64,000 bases of DNA. It comes from an uncultured virus (IMG/VR IMGVR_UViG_3300007759_000001) (lineage: Duplodnaviria; Heunggongvirae; Uroviricota; Caudoviricetes). Positions 41,732 through 50,061 of the stretch are shown piece after piece. Location: the IMG/VR virus record IMGVR_UViG_3300007759_000001; one strand, 5' to 3'. How positions within the stretch are numbered: the first letter of the stretch is position 1; each line of letters opens with the position of its first letter. The translations under genes and the position numbers were made by a program. The notes beneath the pieces were generated by a model, which saw only the letters and a program-made list of their open reading frames with translations, ran no database searches and was not told where the DNA came from.

Positions 41732-42466
41732 ACACGGCAGTCTGGGTCAAGCAAGGACAGGCCCGGTTCGGCATGTTAAGGCACGGATAGCGCGGCAGGC
41801 TAGGCACGGTTCGGCGTGTTTAGGCAAGGTCTGGTTGGGTTCGGCAGCGCAGGCTAGGACAGGCTCGTCACGGCGCGGCCCGGTTCGGCATGGCGCGGTC
41901 AGGTTTAGCACGGCAGGCGCGGTCAGGCGGGCTAGGCGCGGCGCGGCAGAGTTGGGTGGGGTCTGGTTAGGCACGGCAGGCTCGGTGTGGTTGGGATTGG
42001 TTAGGCTGGTCAAGGTATGGTTGGGCATCGCAGGCATGGATCGGTGAGGCTGGGCGCAGCGCGGTGAGGCTGGGAGCGGCGAGGTAAGGCAGGCACGGTT
42101 GGGCTTGGCGCGTTCCGGAAGCGTAAGGCACGGCAAGGCAGGATCGGTTAGGTTTGGCCTCGTTGCGTTTGGTGAGGCAGGGTTTGGTCCGGCACGGCAG
42201 GCAGGGATCGGCAAGGCTCGGCATGGAGCGGTACGGCATGGCGGGGTTGGGCAGGCATGGCGTGACACGGTCGGGCTAGGTGCGGCGCGGTCTGGTGCGG
42301 CGCGGTCAGGCATGGAGAGGCGAGGCGACGCTAGGAACGGTGCGGTAGGGTAGGATCGGTTAGGCGTGGCCGGGATCGGTGAGGCGTGGCAGGAAAGGCA
42401 TGGCATGTTACGGCAGGGCGAGGAGAGGAGAGGCGTGGCAGGCGTGGTTAGGCAGCGTGGCTGCTA
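41731..42466 (+). repeat. Non-coding GG(Y)NN pentamer array of about 11-12 units separated by GGCA/CGCA; candidate guide-RNA array
   Basis: 5-nt periodicity, e.g. GGCTA GGCAC GGTTC GGCGT GTTTA GGCAA GGTCT GGTTG GGTTC GGCAG CGCA; leader GACAC-GGCA-GTC; terminal hairpin GCAGC-GTG-GCTGC. Confidence 0.9.
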
Positions 42467-42563
42467 TATGACACCCCTCAAGGCAAAGACCATTGGTGGC
42501 CGTCACGATCCTGTTGGGAAGATACAGTGTGATGGCCAAGCCACATTTTTATAGGAGGGCACC

Positions 42564-43262
42564 ATGAGTGTTGGTTGCACCATCTGTGGGGAGATTTGTT
42601 ATTGCGAGCCCGATGCTGCTATTGGCGTAGGGCCAGAGGCGTGGGACGACTTCGTGGAAATGGTTGAATCTGACCGGCCACGGTTCCTGCCCGGCTTGAA
42701 ACGGCTGTTCGACCGGGTGGCCCCGTGGCTGATTGGCAATGTCAGCGAAGCGGGTAGTACATCTCAGGATGTGGATGTACAGGCTGCACCTTGTGGAACA
42801 GACGAAAAGTTACAGGCTGCACCTTGTAGTTGCGGCAAGTACCGCTTCCCAGCGTTCGAGTTGGAGACATTGGACTGGTCGTGGGGGCCAATCACGGACG
42901 ACGACGGCGTGCATGAGGCCGACAGGTGCCTGTTCGGGTTGCGGGAGCCGTCCGTTCAGGAGTCTGGAACCCGTCCATCTGATATCGCAGTAGAGATTGT
43001 TGGGCGATCATTCGACACCATCGAAGTTGCGCCAGAAAATGTCGTGCAATGGGATGAGCAGATGTTCACCCTTCAGGTGAACTGGGATGACTGGTGCAGA
43101 ATCGAACGAGGCTTAGACGATGCCTTCGATCACACCCTCAACACATCTGTGGACATGGAGCGTACCGAAAACCACGAACTGGCGGAGTGGTTTACGACTG
43201 AGGCTGATCTGTGTCAGGAGTTGAAGCGCAGGCTGCTCCTTGATGTGGAGGCCCAGCAATGA
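42564..43262 (+). CDS. Hypothetical Cys-containing protein
   Basis: AGGAGG RBS; internal duplicated QAAPC. Confidence 0.65.
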   Translation: MSVGCTICGEICYCEPDAAIGVGPEAWDDFVEMVESDRPRFLPGLKRLFDRVAPWLIGNVSEAGSTSQDVDVQAAPCGTDEKLQAAPCSCGKYRFPAFELETLDWSWGPITDDDGVHEADRCLFGLREPSVQESGTRPSDIAVEIVGRSFDTIEVAPENVVQWDEQMFTLQVNWDDWCRIERGLDDAFDHTLNTSVDMERTENHELAEWFTTEADLCQELKRRLLLDVEAQQ

Positions 43263-43398
43263 TCGTTAGTGCATTACTTATCGACCTACAAAAAAACTGG
43301 AGTTTCTTTGCACCTCCTGTCAGAAATGAAACAACCGTTGCCTACATGACGGCTAAGACACGGTTGCACATTGCTGCCGCTAGCGGAAGGGATATGAA

Positions 43399-43575
43399 AT
43401 GACCGATGAGCCGTTCCCGTGGGAGGCTGTGTATCGGGCACTCGTCAACCGTGTCTGCGAACTAGCCGACCAATACCCGGTGTCAGCCAACCGCCTCCAC
43501 CCCGAACTCGCTACACTAGCGAGAATCCACGGCGAAATCTGCGACCGTGAACCCAACGAAAGGAACACCCCGTGA
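43399..43575 (+). CDS. Hypothetical protein (58 aa)
   Basis: MTDEPFPWEAVY... read manually, purine-rich RBS. Confidence 0.5.
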   Translation: MTDEPFPWEAVYRALVNRVCELADQYPVSANRLHPELATLARIHGEICDREPNERNTP

Positions 43576-43623
43576 GCATCAAAGCACGCCCACAAATACG
43601 CCTAGCAGCACCCTAGAGGAGAT

Positions 43624-43809
43624 ATGACCGACAAAGCCATGGTCAAGTTGGTGGCCATGTACCGCCAACACCACAACAACATTACTGAGTTAGACAGTGA
43701 AGATATTGAGTCCGATGCCATCATGTGGATGATGGAAGAGGTTTGGGCTCTGCGTGCAGAGATCAGAGAGTTACGAATAGCAACATGGGCATTCCAGCCC
43801 AAAACTTAG
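43624..43809 (+). CDS. Hypothetical protein (61 aa)
   Basis: GAGGAG RBS. Confidence 0.65.
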   Translation: MTDKAMVKLVAMYRQHHNNITELDSEDIESDAIMWMMEEVWALRAEIRELRIATWAFQPKT

Positions 43810-43828
43810 ACCTTAGAAGGAGGTCATC

Positions 43829-43984
43829 ATGCCATTACCAGCAGCAGCGTGTGCTAACTATCGGCCCGAGGGTGTCGGTGCTTGTTCCGGGGATGTGAAA
43901 TTCCATGTCCGATACCGTGACGGGCGACACTATCCCCGATGCGAGATCCATGCAAAGGCATGGTATCGCAGGCTAGGCTTGTAA
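43829..43984 (+). CDS. Small Cys/His protein (51 aa)
   Basis: AAGGAGGT RBS; MPLPAAACANY...RCEIH. Confidence 0.6.
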   Translation: MPLPAAACANYRPEGVGACSGDVKFHVRYRDGRHYPRCEIHAKAWYRRLGL

Positions 43985-44006
43985 TAGAACCGCAACATTC
44001 AAATAC

Positions 44007-44035
44007 TTGACACGAACCCAAAGGTTCGATACACT
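44007..44035 (+). promoter_or_regulatory. Sigma70-type promoter of the RAMP-like operon with palindromic spacer
   Basis: TTGACA-17 bp-TACACT; spacer contains CGAACC-CAAA-GGTTCG. Confidence 0.75.
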
Positions 44036-44100
44036 ACCCCTACTGGCACGGAAATCCTTCCGGTCAGTTACCGTAAATACACGAACAGAGGATAACTATT

Positions 44101-44736
44101 ATGGCTACGTCAGTAGCAACAGAGTTGACCAAGATCGTTCCTACGGTTGTTGAGATCGAAGTTGAGGGTCTTACGCCCTTGATCTGCAATAACTTTTCGG
44201 AAAAGATCAAAGAGCAGATCAGGCAGGCACAGGCTGGCAAGAAAAAGTTGCAGTTGCCGAAGAACCCTGCGGAACTGTTTGAGGGTGCGAAGTACCTGCT
44301 CCCCGACGGCTCCTACGGCTTCCCGGCTGCGGGTTTCAAGGGCGCTTGTGTAAGCGCCGGTCGTTTCTTCAACGGCGTCACCATGACGGCATTGCGTCAG
44401 GGCATCTTTGTCCACGGCGAGGGTCCGGACCAGTTGGTTCGCCTCACCGGGTTCACCGATGAACCGATCATGCGCGAGGACGCCGTCCGCAACGCTACCG
44501 GGGTCGTTGACCTTCGGTACCGTCCCATGTTTGAGAAGTGGGGCGCAACCATCAAGGTTGAGTTCATTCCTTCGATCCTGTCGTTGGACAGCGTCATCTC
44601 CATCGTGGATGCAGCCGGTATCGGCGGTATCGGTGAGTGGCGTCCCACGGCTCCGAAGAGCAACGGCGACTACGGGCGTTTCCAGACCGTAGACGGTGGT
44701 GTGAAGGTTCTCACCGAAGAGGAAGCGGCTGAGTAA
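44101..44736 (+). CDS. Stand-alone RAMP/Cas7-like RNA-binding protein (Vipr-like)
   Basis: RAMP hallmarks: N-terminal strand VEIEVEGLTPL, FPAAGFKGAC (cf. IPGSSLKGA), C-terminal Gly loop AGIGGIGEWRP...GDYGRF. Confidence 0.82.
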   Translation: MATSVATELTKIVPTVVEIEVEGLTPLICNNFSEKIKEQIRQAQAGKKKLQLPKNPAELFEGAKYLLPDGSYGFPAAGFKGACVSAGRFFNGVTMTALRQGIFVHGEGPDQLVRLTGFTDEPIMREDAVRNATGVVDLRYRPMFEKWGATIKVEFIPSILSLDSVISIVDAAGIGGIGEWRPTAPKSNGDYGRFQTVDGGVKVLTEEEAAE

Positions 44737-45212
44737 TGCGCGAAGTAACGGACACAACAGAAGAGGTTGTTGTTCCTCGCAAGACAAACGTTGACCACAT
44801 CAACGATATCATCACAGACCTTCAGTCTGCTGGTGTCACCCCGGAGGAACTGGTTGAGGTCGCACGCGACCCGGAGCATCCGCTCCACGACCGGTTCACA
44901 TGGGATGTTGATGAGGCTGCCTACCAGTACAACATCATTGAGGCTCGCAAGATTCTCCGTGAAGTCCTGCTGATTCAGGCAGGCGGATCAGAAACGGTCC
45001 GTGCGTTCGTGCCCATTGAGGTCGTGACGGGTCGCAAGGAGTACGTTCCCACGAACGTAGCCTTGAAGAACGCTGTCGGTCGGGCACAGTTGTTCAACCG
45101 GTACCGTTCCACCTTGCGTGGATACCGGGCGGCTCTCTCCGCCTTTGAAGAGTTCACACCAGTCCTCGCAGCAATTGAGGATCTGCCAGAACTCCCCAAG
45201 GACGAAGAGTAA
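44736..45212 (+). CDS. Partner protein translationally coupled to the RAMP-like gene
   Basis: TAATG overlap; TPEELVEVARDPEHPLHDRFTWD..AA..Y...AR.I motif. Confidence 0.8.
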   Translation: MREVTDTTEEVVVPRKTNVDHINDIITDLQSAGVTPEELVEVARDPEHPLHDRFTWDVDEAAYQYNIIEARKILREVLLIQAGGSETVRAFVPIEVVTGRKEYVPTNVALKNAVGRAQLFNRYRSTLRGYRAALSAFEEFTPVLAAIEDLPELPKDEE

Positions 45213-45281
45213 CAACAGAATAATGGGGAATGTGGGGAGAGGGTGGTTTGCTGAGAGCGCCACCCTCTCCCTTCCCCCGTT

Positions 45282-45368
45282 GACACGGCAGTCGGGGCAT
45301 CGATGGGCGAGGTAAGGCAAGGCCGGGTCAGGCATGGCAGGCACGGTTGGGTAGCATAGTCGCTACCC
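45282..45368 (+). ncRNA. Single-unit GG(Y)NN mini-array directly downstream of the RAMP operon
   Basis: GACAC GGCA GTCGG GGCAT CGATG GGCGA GGTAA GGCAA GGCCG GGTCA GGCAT GGCA GGCAC GGTTG then hairpin GGGTAGC-ATAGTC-GCTACCC; preceded by strong hairpin 45224-45278. Confidence 0.85.
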
Positions 45369-45399
45369 GGATAAAACTATCTGAAAGAGGGGAACCATT

Positions 45400-45648
45400 A
45401 TGGGTTTTACACCAAGCGGTGGACCTAAGAACCGGTTCAAGAAAGCCAACAAACAAGCAAGCCGCGCCCAAAAACGGGCCGAATTCATAAAAGAAGCAGA
45501 AGCCAAGAACGCCGAAGGCCAATACTTGTGCGCCGACTGCCGACTGTGGTACACAATCGAAGACTTCAAATATAAGCACAACGGCGAAACCAAAGTCGCC
45601 CGACGATGCGAATCCTGCCGACGGGACAGAAGAAGAGGAAGAAGATGA
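45400..45648 (+). CDS. Basic zinc-finger protein
   Basis: LCADC...RRCESCR; GAGGGG RBS. Confidence 0.7.
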   Translation: MGFTPSGGPKNRFKKANKQASRAQKRAEFIKEAEAKNAEGQYLCADCRLWYTIEDFKYKHNGETKVARRCESCRRDRRRGRR

Positions 45649-46601
45649 AACTCAAAGCATTCGTGCTACTAGCAATAATCTCAACCATCGTCATGGCAGC
45701 CCCAGTAAGCGCCCATCACGATCAGGTCTACGCGCCATGCGACCCCGAAGACACCCGACCGCTAAACGAACAGGTCTGGTATCAGGACTACCAAAGCGGA
45801 ACCGCTCTCCGATACGACGACCCGTGGTGGGGAGAAAAGCCGGGATCAGGTGGCTACACAAACTGGGAACACCAATGCCGCCTCGGCCAAACCGGCGTAT
45901 GGCAAGCAGCCCCAATCCCGCCAACGGTTCACCCACCCGACTACGAAGTCGAAACCCGGCAAACAAAAACGCCATGCATCAGAAAACTAGAAACAACAGT
46001 TGACCGCCTGATCGCTGAAGGCTCCATCGCGTCCACAAACATCACCGTCACCGACCACGGCGTATTCCTCTACGGCGGCACTTCACCCATACCACTCGTA
46101 GAAACAGGCATAGTGACCGAATGGGCGTTGGGTCACGACGGATACGGGCGGCACTATCAGAACACCTACTGGGAGCATTTGTTCGACGGCGTGTCGAACT
46201 GGAACTTCTGGAAACTCCAATGCACCCCAAGCATCCCCACAACAACTACAACCAGCACCCCACCCACGACAACTACACAGCCTGCGGTGGAGGATCCGGC
46301 CCCGGAACCGACCCCCTCTATTCCGGAAGAGCCAGATCCTTCACCGCAACCCCCACCCGAACCACAACTAGAACCCGAAGAAGCCCCAACACCCGAACCG
46401 CCAGCCAACATAGACGACTACGACCTATTCGACGCCGAATGGGACGGATACCCCTTTGAACAAACAATCCTCCTACTAGAAGAACGATACCCACCCGGCA
46501 CACCCAACAAAAATCACTTCCGCCTATCCGTAGCCGTGGAATTCCTACGCAACGGAGGCATGATCAAAGGACTAGACAACCTATGGGACAGCCCCGCATA
46601 A
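45645..46601 (+). CDS. Secreted/surface protein with Thr- and Pro/Glu-rich linker
   Basis: Signal peptide MKLKAFVLLAIISTIVMAAPVSA; ATGA overlap. Confidence 0.75.
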   Translation: MKLKAFVLLAIISTIVMAAPVSAHHDQVYAPCDPEDTRPLNEQVWYQDYQSGTALRYDDPWWGEKPGSGGYTNWEHQCRLGQTGVWQAAPIPPTVHPPDYEVETRQTKTPCIRKLETTVDRLIAEGSIASTNITVTDHGVFLYGGTSPIPLVETGIVTEWALGHDGYGRHYQNTYWEHLFDGVSNWNFWKLQCTPSIPTTTTTSTPPTTTTQPAVEDPAPEPTPSIPEEPDPSPQPPPEPQLEPEEAPTPEPPANIDDYDLFDAEWDGYPFEQTILLLEERYPPGTPNKNHFRLSVAVEFLRNGGMIKGLDNLWDSPA

Positions 46602-46715
46602 CCAACAACACACATCACTAAAAAATATTTTTCAAACAAGGCCACCCAGCCCCGGCTGCTACCCTACAACGTAACCCTTAAACACACAAGACCGCTACCC
46701 TCAGACAGGACCAAC

Positions 46716-46943
46716 ATGACAGAAGCACCAGCACTAGAAGAAGAAACCCAAACAGAAGGATGGATCGCCCAAGCAACCACACCCATAGACACCCTCCTAC
46801 AAGAAATCCAAGACCTCCTAGCCCTAACCAACACCAGAGACATCTTCACCAGCAACGACATCCAAGACCGAATGCTAGACATGCACAACACAGCAACAAA
46901 AATCGCGCCCAAAATACCAAAAGCCCCCCACGACCAAAACTAA
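46716..46943 (+). CDS. Hypothetical protein in A/C-rich tract
   Basis: AGGA RBS, plausible helical protein. Confidence 0.55.
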   Translation: MTEAPALEEETQTEGWIAQATTPIDTLLQEIQDLLALTNTRDIFTSNDIQDRMLDMHNTATKIAPKIPKAPHDQN

Positions 46944-47220
46944 TGGAAACAAAACAAGTCAAAGAACTACAAATAGGCGACAAACCCATAGGACCACAAA
47001 CAGGCAACACCTAACCATCACAGGATGAAAACAATCAGTCATCTTCGGATGGATAGCAGCCAACACCAAATACGGCCAACTCTACCTAGACCCCGAAGCC
47101 ACCGTCCAAATAGCAACCGGATAAAACTATTCTAGAAAAAGCGAACACAAAAAAAATGCCACAAACCTCCCCCCCCACTGTTGGAAGTTCGGAAATGTTC
47201 GGGGCTGATTCGGTTTTGCT

Positions 47221-47375
47221 ATGTTACTCGTCGGTAACTTGAGATGTTACTCGTCGGTAACTTGAGATTTCGCTGGTTATGGCGAGCGATTTTTTGGTCG
47301 AACAAGTGTTCGGTTACCGGTCGGTAACTTGTCGGTTGGACTTGGTTCGCTTCCCGTAAGTTACTCGTCGGTAAC
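47221..47375. repeat. Four GTTAC-N6-GTAAC palindromes (two in a perfect 23-bp tandem) with an interposed LexA-like box
   Basis: Copies at 47223, 47246, 47313, 47360; TCGAAC-AAGT-GTTCGG at 47298. Confidence 0.85.
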
Positions 47376-47459
47376 CTGCGGCTCAACCGGGGCTACATAC
47401 CTTCATGTTTGATCGTCAATGCTTTGACCATCTCTCCGAACGTATGTTCGGCCTTGTCC

Positions 47460-47594
47460 TCAGCCCCTTCGGATCGCCTCTCGCAGCGCCTCACCGTGGG
47501 TCTTATGCTTCGACACTTCGACGTTTCGATTGCCGGTGTCGATGACGAGCCATCCGCCGTCGGGGTTTGGTTTGATATCGTATCGTTCTGACAT
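47460..47594 (-). CDS. Small DUF2188-like protein
   Basis: YDIKPNPDGGWLV......SKHKT..EA.REA. Confidence 0.5.
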   Translation of the reverse strand: MSERYDIKPNPDGGWLVIDTGNRNVEVSKHKTHGEALREAIRRG

Positions 47595-47722
47595 GCCCGG
47601 TAGTTTAGCAAACCCTGATCGTCTTGTCAAGTCTCTTGCTAGTTGAATCGCCTCGCAATAGGCGAGCGTATAGGCGAGCATAACCCTTGATATTCTCTAT
47701 CCCTTCTGCTATACTAATACTC

Positions 47723-48004
47723 ATGACATACGAACCGCTTATCTCATACGAGACACTACACATGTTGGTACTCGCCATGCTCATGACTTGCTTTGCTATC
47801 CCTATCGGTAGTTTGCTTTGGTCATGGATCGTGAGGCTCACCAAACTAGACCACGACAAGATCATCGTTCCCTCACACGACTTCGGTCCTGAGGAAGATC
47901 ACATCCGAATCATCGACACCGATAGGCAGCCCTACGACTGGGCGAAGGAGCGAATCATCGACACCGATAGGCAGCCCTACGACTGGGCGAAGGAGATTGA
48001 CTAA
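47723..48004 (+). CDS. Membrane protein with perfect 45-bp internal duplication
   Basis: Hydrophobic segment; RIIDTDRQPYDWAKE x2 (47906-47995); ATG just after TGCTATACT (leaderless-like). Confidence 0.6.
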   Translation: MTYEPLISYETLHMLVLAMLMTCFAIPIGSLLWSWIVRLTKLDHDKIIVPSHDFGPEEDHIRIIDTDRQPYDWAKERIIDTDRQPYDWAKEID

Positions 48005-48477
48005 TGTTGCCCGAAGAACTACAGGAACGCATGGACAACTTTGCCCAATGGAAGGCGATGTCATCCCGACAACGCATCGACCTATGGGCATGGAACAAGA
48101 CGGACACCGATCACTTCTCGCACAAGTGGTCTTTCCCCATGTTCTCCACATCCACATCGACCATCGTGTCAGCGATCTCTCGTCGCCGGGACGCCATGAC
48201 AGCAGGCGAGCATGACTGACGAGGAAGAGCCTTGCGAGGAATGCGAAGGCGCAGGATGCAAATACTGTGATGCTCAAATGGCATACGACGACTACTGCGA
48301 CCGTGATGAACAGGCGATGAAGGATGGAGAACGATGACCTATTCCACCTACGACTTGACAAAGTATTACCAGACTGGCATACTAGAGCAAACAACTAACT
48401 TAGAAGAGGAGTGCCCGTACTGTCACGGCGAGTCGCCATCCGGCGACGGCCTGACCGAATGCGGCTTCTGCACATGA
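48004..48477 (+). CDS. Three coupled small ORFs (48004-48219, 48212-48337, 48334-48477), the last two with CxxC pairs
   Basis: Overlapping start/stop codons; PCEECEGAGCKYC and ECPYCHG...ECGFC. Confidence 0.55.
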
Positions 48478-49121
48478 ACAACCTAGAACAACGACAACGA
48501 TGCTTCCCACCTGAGCCTTCGGGACTACTCAACACCGAAGGTGCTAAGTGGTGGAGGACCGTCTGTCAGATCACACCGAACATCTACCTATCCGGCGATC
48601 TGCCGCACGGCGAGCGTGCGTTGCCGCATCTCCGAACTTGGGTAGAGGACCACGGCATCACGCACATCCTAGATGTTCGTGAGGAATACTCGGACGAGGC
48701 TTTGGTAGCAGAGGCGTACCCCGATGTGGGATACGTCTACCTTGGCACGCACGACGACGGCGGGAGTCAAGCCCCGTCATGGTTCCATGCGGGCTGGGAT
48801 GCGTACAAAGCCATCATTGACGAGAACCCCACGGCGAAGGTCATGGTGCATTGCCACATGGGGATCAACAGGGCACCGTCAATGGTGTTCTACCTGATGC
48901 TCATGGAAGGCTACGGGACTACACAGGCTCTAACCATGATCCGTCACAACCGTCCCATCGCTGCCTGCTTCTACGCAGAGAGTGCTTGGGAAACATACTT
49001 CAAAGTAGAACCAGAGAACGCTGACGAAGACGGCGATCTCCTTATCGAATGCTTCTTCTTTGAGAACGACATAGACTTGCACAAGGTGATCCATGAGATC
49101 CGGCAGGTCGAATACTTGTAG
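48474..49121 (+). CDS. Dual-specificity (Cys-based) protein phosphatase
   Basis: QITPNIYLSG, GITHILDV, HDD, VMVHCHMGINRA (HCxxGxxR), IRHNRP. Confidence 0.9.
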   Translation: MNNLEQRQRCFPPEPSGLLNTEGAKWWRTVCQITPNIYLSGDLPHGERALPHLRTWVEDHGITHILDVREEYSDEALVAEAYPDVGYVYLGTHDDGGSQAPSWFHAGWDAYKAIIDENPTAKVMVHCHMGINRAPSMVFYLMLMEGYGTTQALTMIRHNRPIAACFYAESAWETYFKVEPENADEDGDLLIECFFFENDIDLHKVIHEIRQVEYL

Positions 49122-49214
49122 CAAATAGTTGCGTTTCGCAACCGGCTACGATAGCCTCAAGATCTGAGGCACGGACCAGTATCGGTCCGGCACAAGCAAG
49201 AAGAGGAAAGAACC

Positions 49215-49481
49215 ATGCAGGAAGTATCACACTTCAGGTTCCCAACGAATACAGGTGGTAAGTCCAAGTACGATTGGGACACCATCTTGAACGGCAAGAC
49301 TTGGGAACTGTCTCAGGGCGTTGACTTTGAGATGGCTCCCCGGACTTTCGTGGCGCATGTCCACGGGACTGCCAAGCGTCGTGGCCTCAAGGCCCGCACG
49401 CACACGAAGGACGAGCGCACGATCATCGTGCGAGCGTACAAGGAGAAGGTCGAAGATACCGGCGCTGTCAACGTCGCCTGA
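49215..49481 (+). CDS. Small DNA-binding-like protein
   Basis: KYDWD...G..WEL.QG.DF; GAGGA RBS. Confidence 0.7.
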   Translation: MQEVSHFRFPTNTGGKSKYDWDTILNGKTWELSQGVDFEMAPRTFVAHVHGTAKRRGLKARTHTKDERTIIVRAYKEKVEDTGAVNVA

Positions 49482-49683
49482 TCTTCGGTCCCATGTTCGT
49501 CGGGGGTGTAGGGTTGGCACATGTCAACCCGCATCCCCACGAACATCTCCGAACCCCTGTTTGACAGCCTCTCCGACGCGTATCACGCGACAACCGAAGC
49601 CTTCCTTTCCGGCGACCATGACTTGATGGCCGAAGGCTTGACATCGTTGCAAAGATGTGTTACACTATGCAACAAGAGGATAG

Positions 49684-50061
49684 GTGAGTATCTTGGACTT
49701 CAAGATTCAAGGTTATCGTGACGACCCCGACATTCTAGCCAAGGCGCAGTTTGTCTCCGATGGTCAGAAATACGAAGTCATGGTCGTAGCCGCGCCCGCC
49801 CCGGCTGTGAACCAACAAGTCGTCCCCGAAGTGATCGACTTGGAAGAAGAGGGCGATGTGAAACGACTGCTTGTCACTTTCGACGGCGACCGAATGAGTC
49901 AAGAACTTGACCGAGCCATTCGTCAAGCGAAAGAAGAACTAGCCAATGTCGGAAACACGGACGACTACGACACTCATGTCGGGACTGCCGGGGCTTCGGT
50001 GATCACGTTGTGGTTGAATCGAAGCATGGAAGCAGCGAAGTCTCACATCCGAAATGGCTAA
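49684..50061 (+). CDS. Hypothetical protein
   Basis: Promoter TTGACA...TACACT and GAGGA RBS upstream. Confidence 0.7.
   Translation: MSILDFKIQGYRDDPDILAKAQFVSDGQKYEVMVVAAPAPAVNQQVVPEVIDLEEEGDVKRLLVTFDGDRMSQELDRAIRQAKEELANVGNTDDYDTHVGTAGASVITLWLNRSMEAAKSHIRNG

Noticed and set aside
41731..42466. CRISPR array or simple microsatellite/G-quadruplex tract
   Set aside because: No 23-50-bp identical repeats with spacers; the dinucleotides are too diverse and the punctuation too regular for slippage. G4 formation is possible but does not explain the shared leader and hairpin
41747..42554. ORFs over the G-rich array (41747-42406 minus, 41835-42047, 41967-42239, 42099-42353, 42366-42554)
   Set aside because: Low-complexity translations of a 5-nt periodic sequence; no RBS, and the period is incompatible with codon structure
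43960..44100. Self-target of the mini-array in the RAMP promoter
   Set aside because: Manual gapped alignment gave only partial matches, not distinguishable from chance
44110..44787. 225-aa minus-strand ORF opposite the RAMP-like gene
   Set aside because: Antisense shadow; the plus strand has promoter, RBS and family motifs
48411..48473. Upstream GTG start for the phosphatase
   Set aside because: Region is better explained by the CxxC ORF 48334-48477, whose stop overlaps the ATG at 48474
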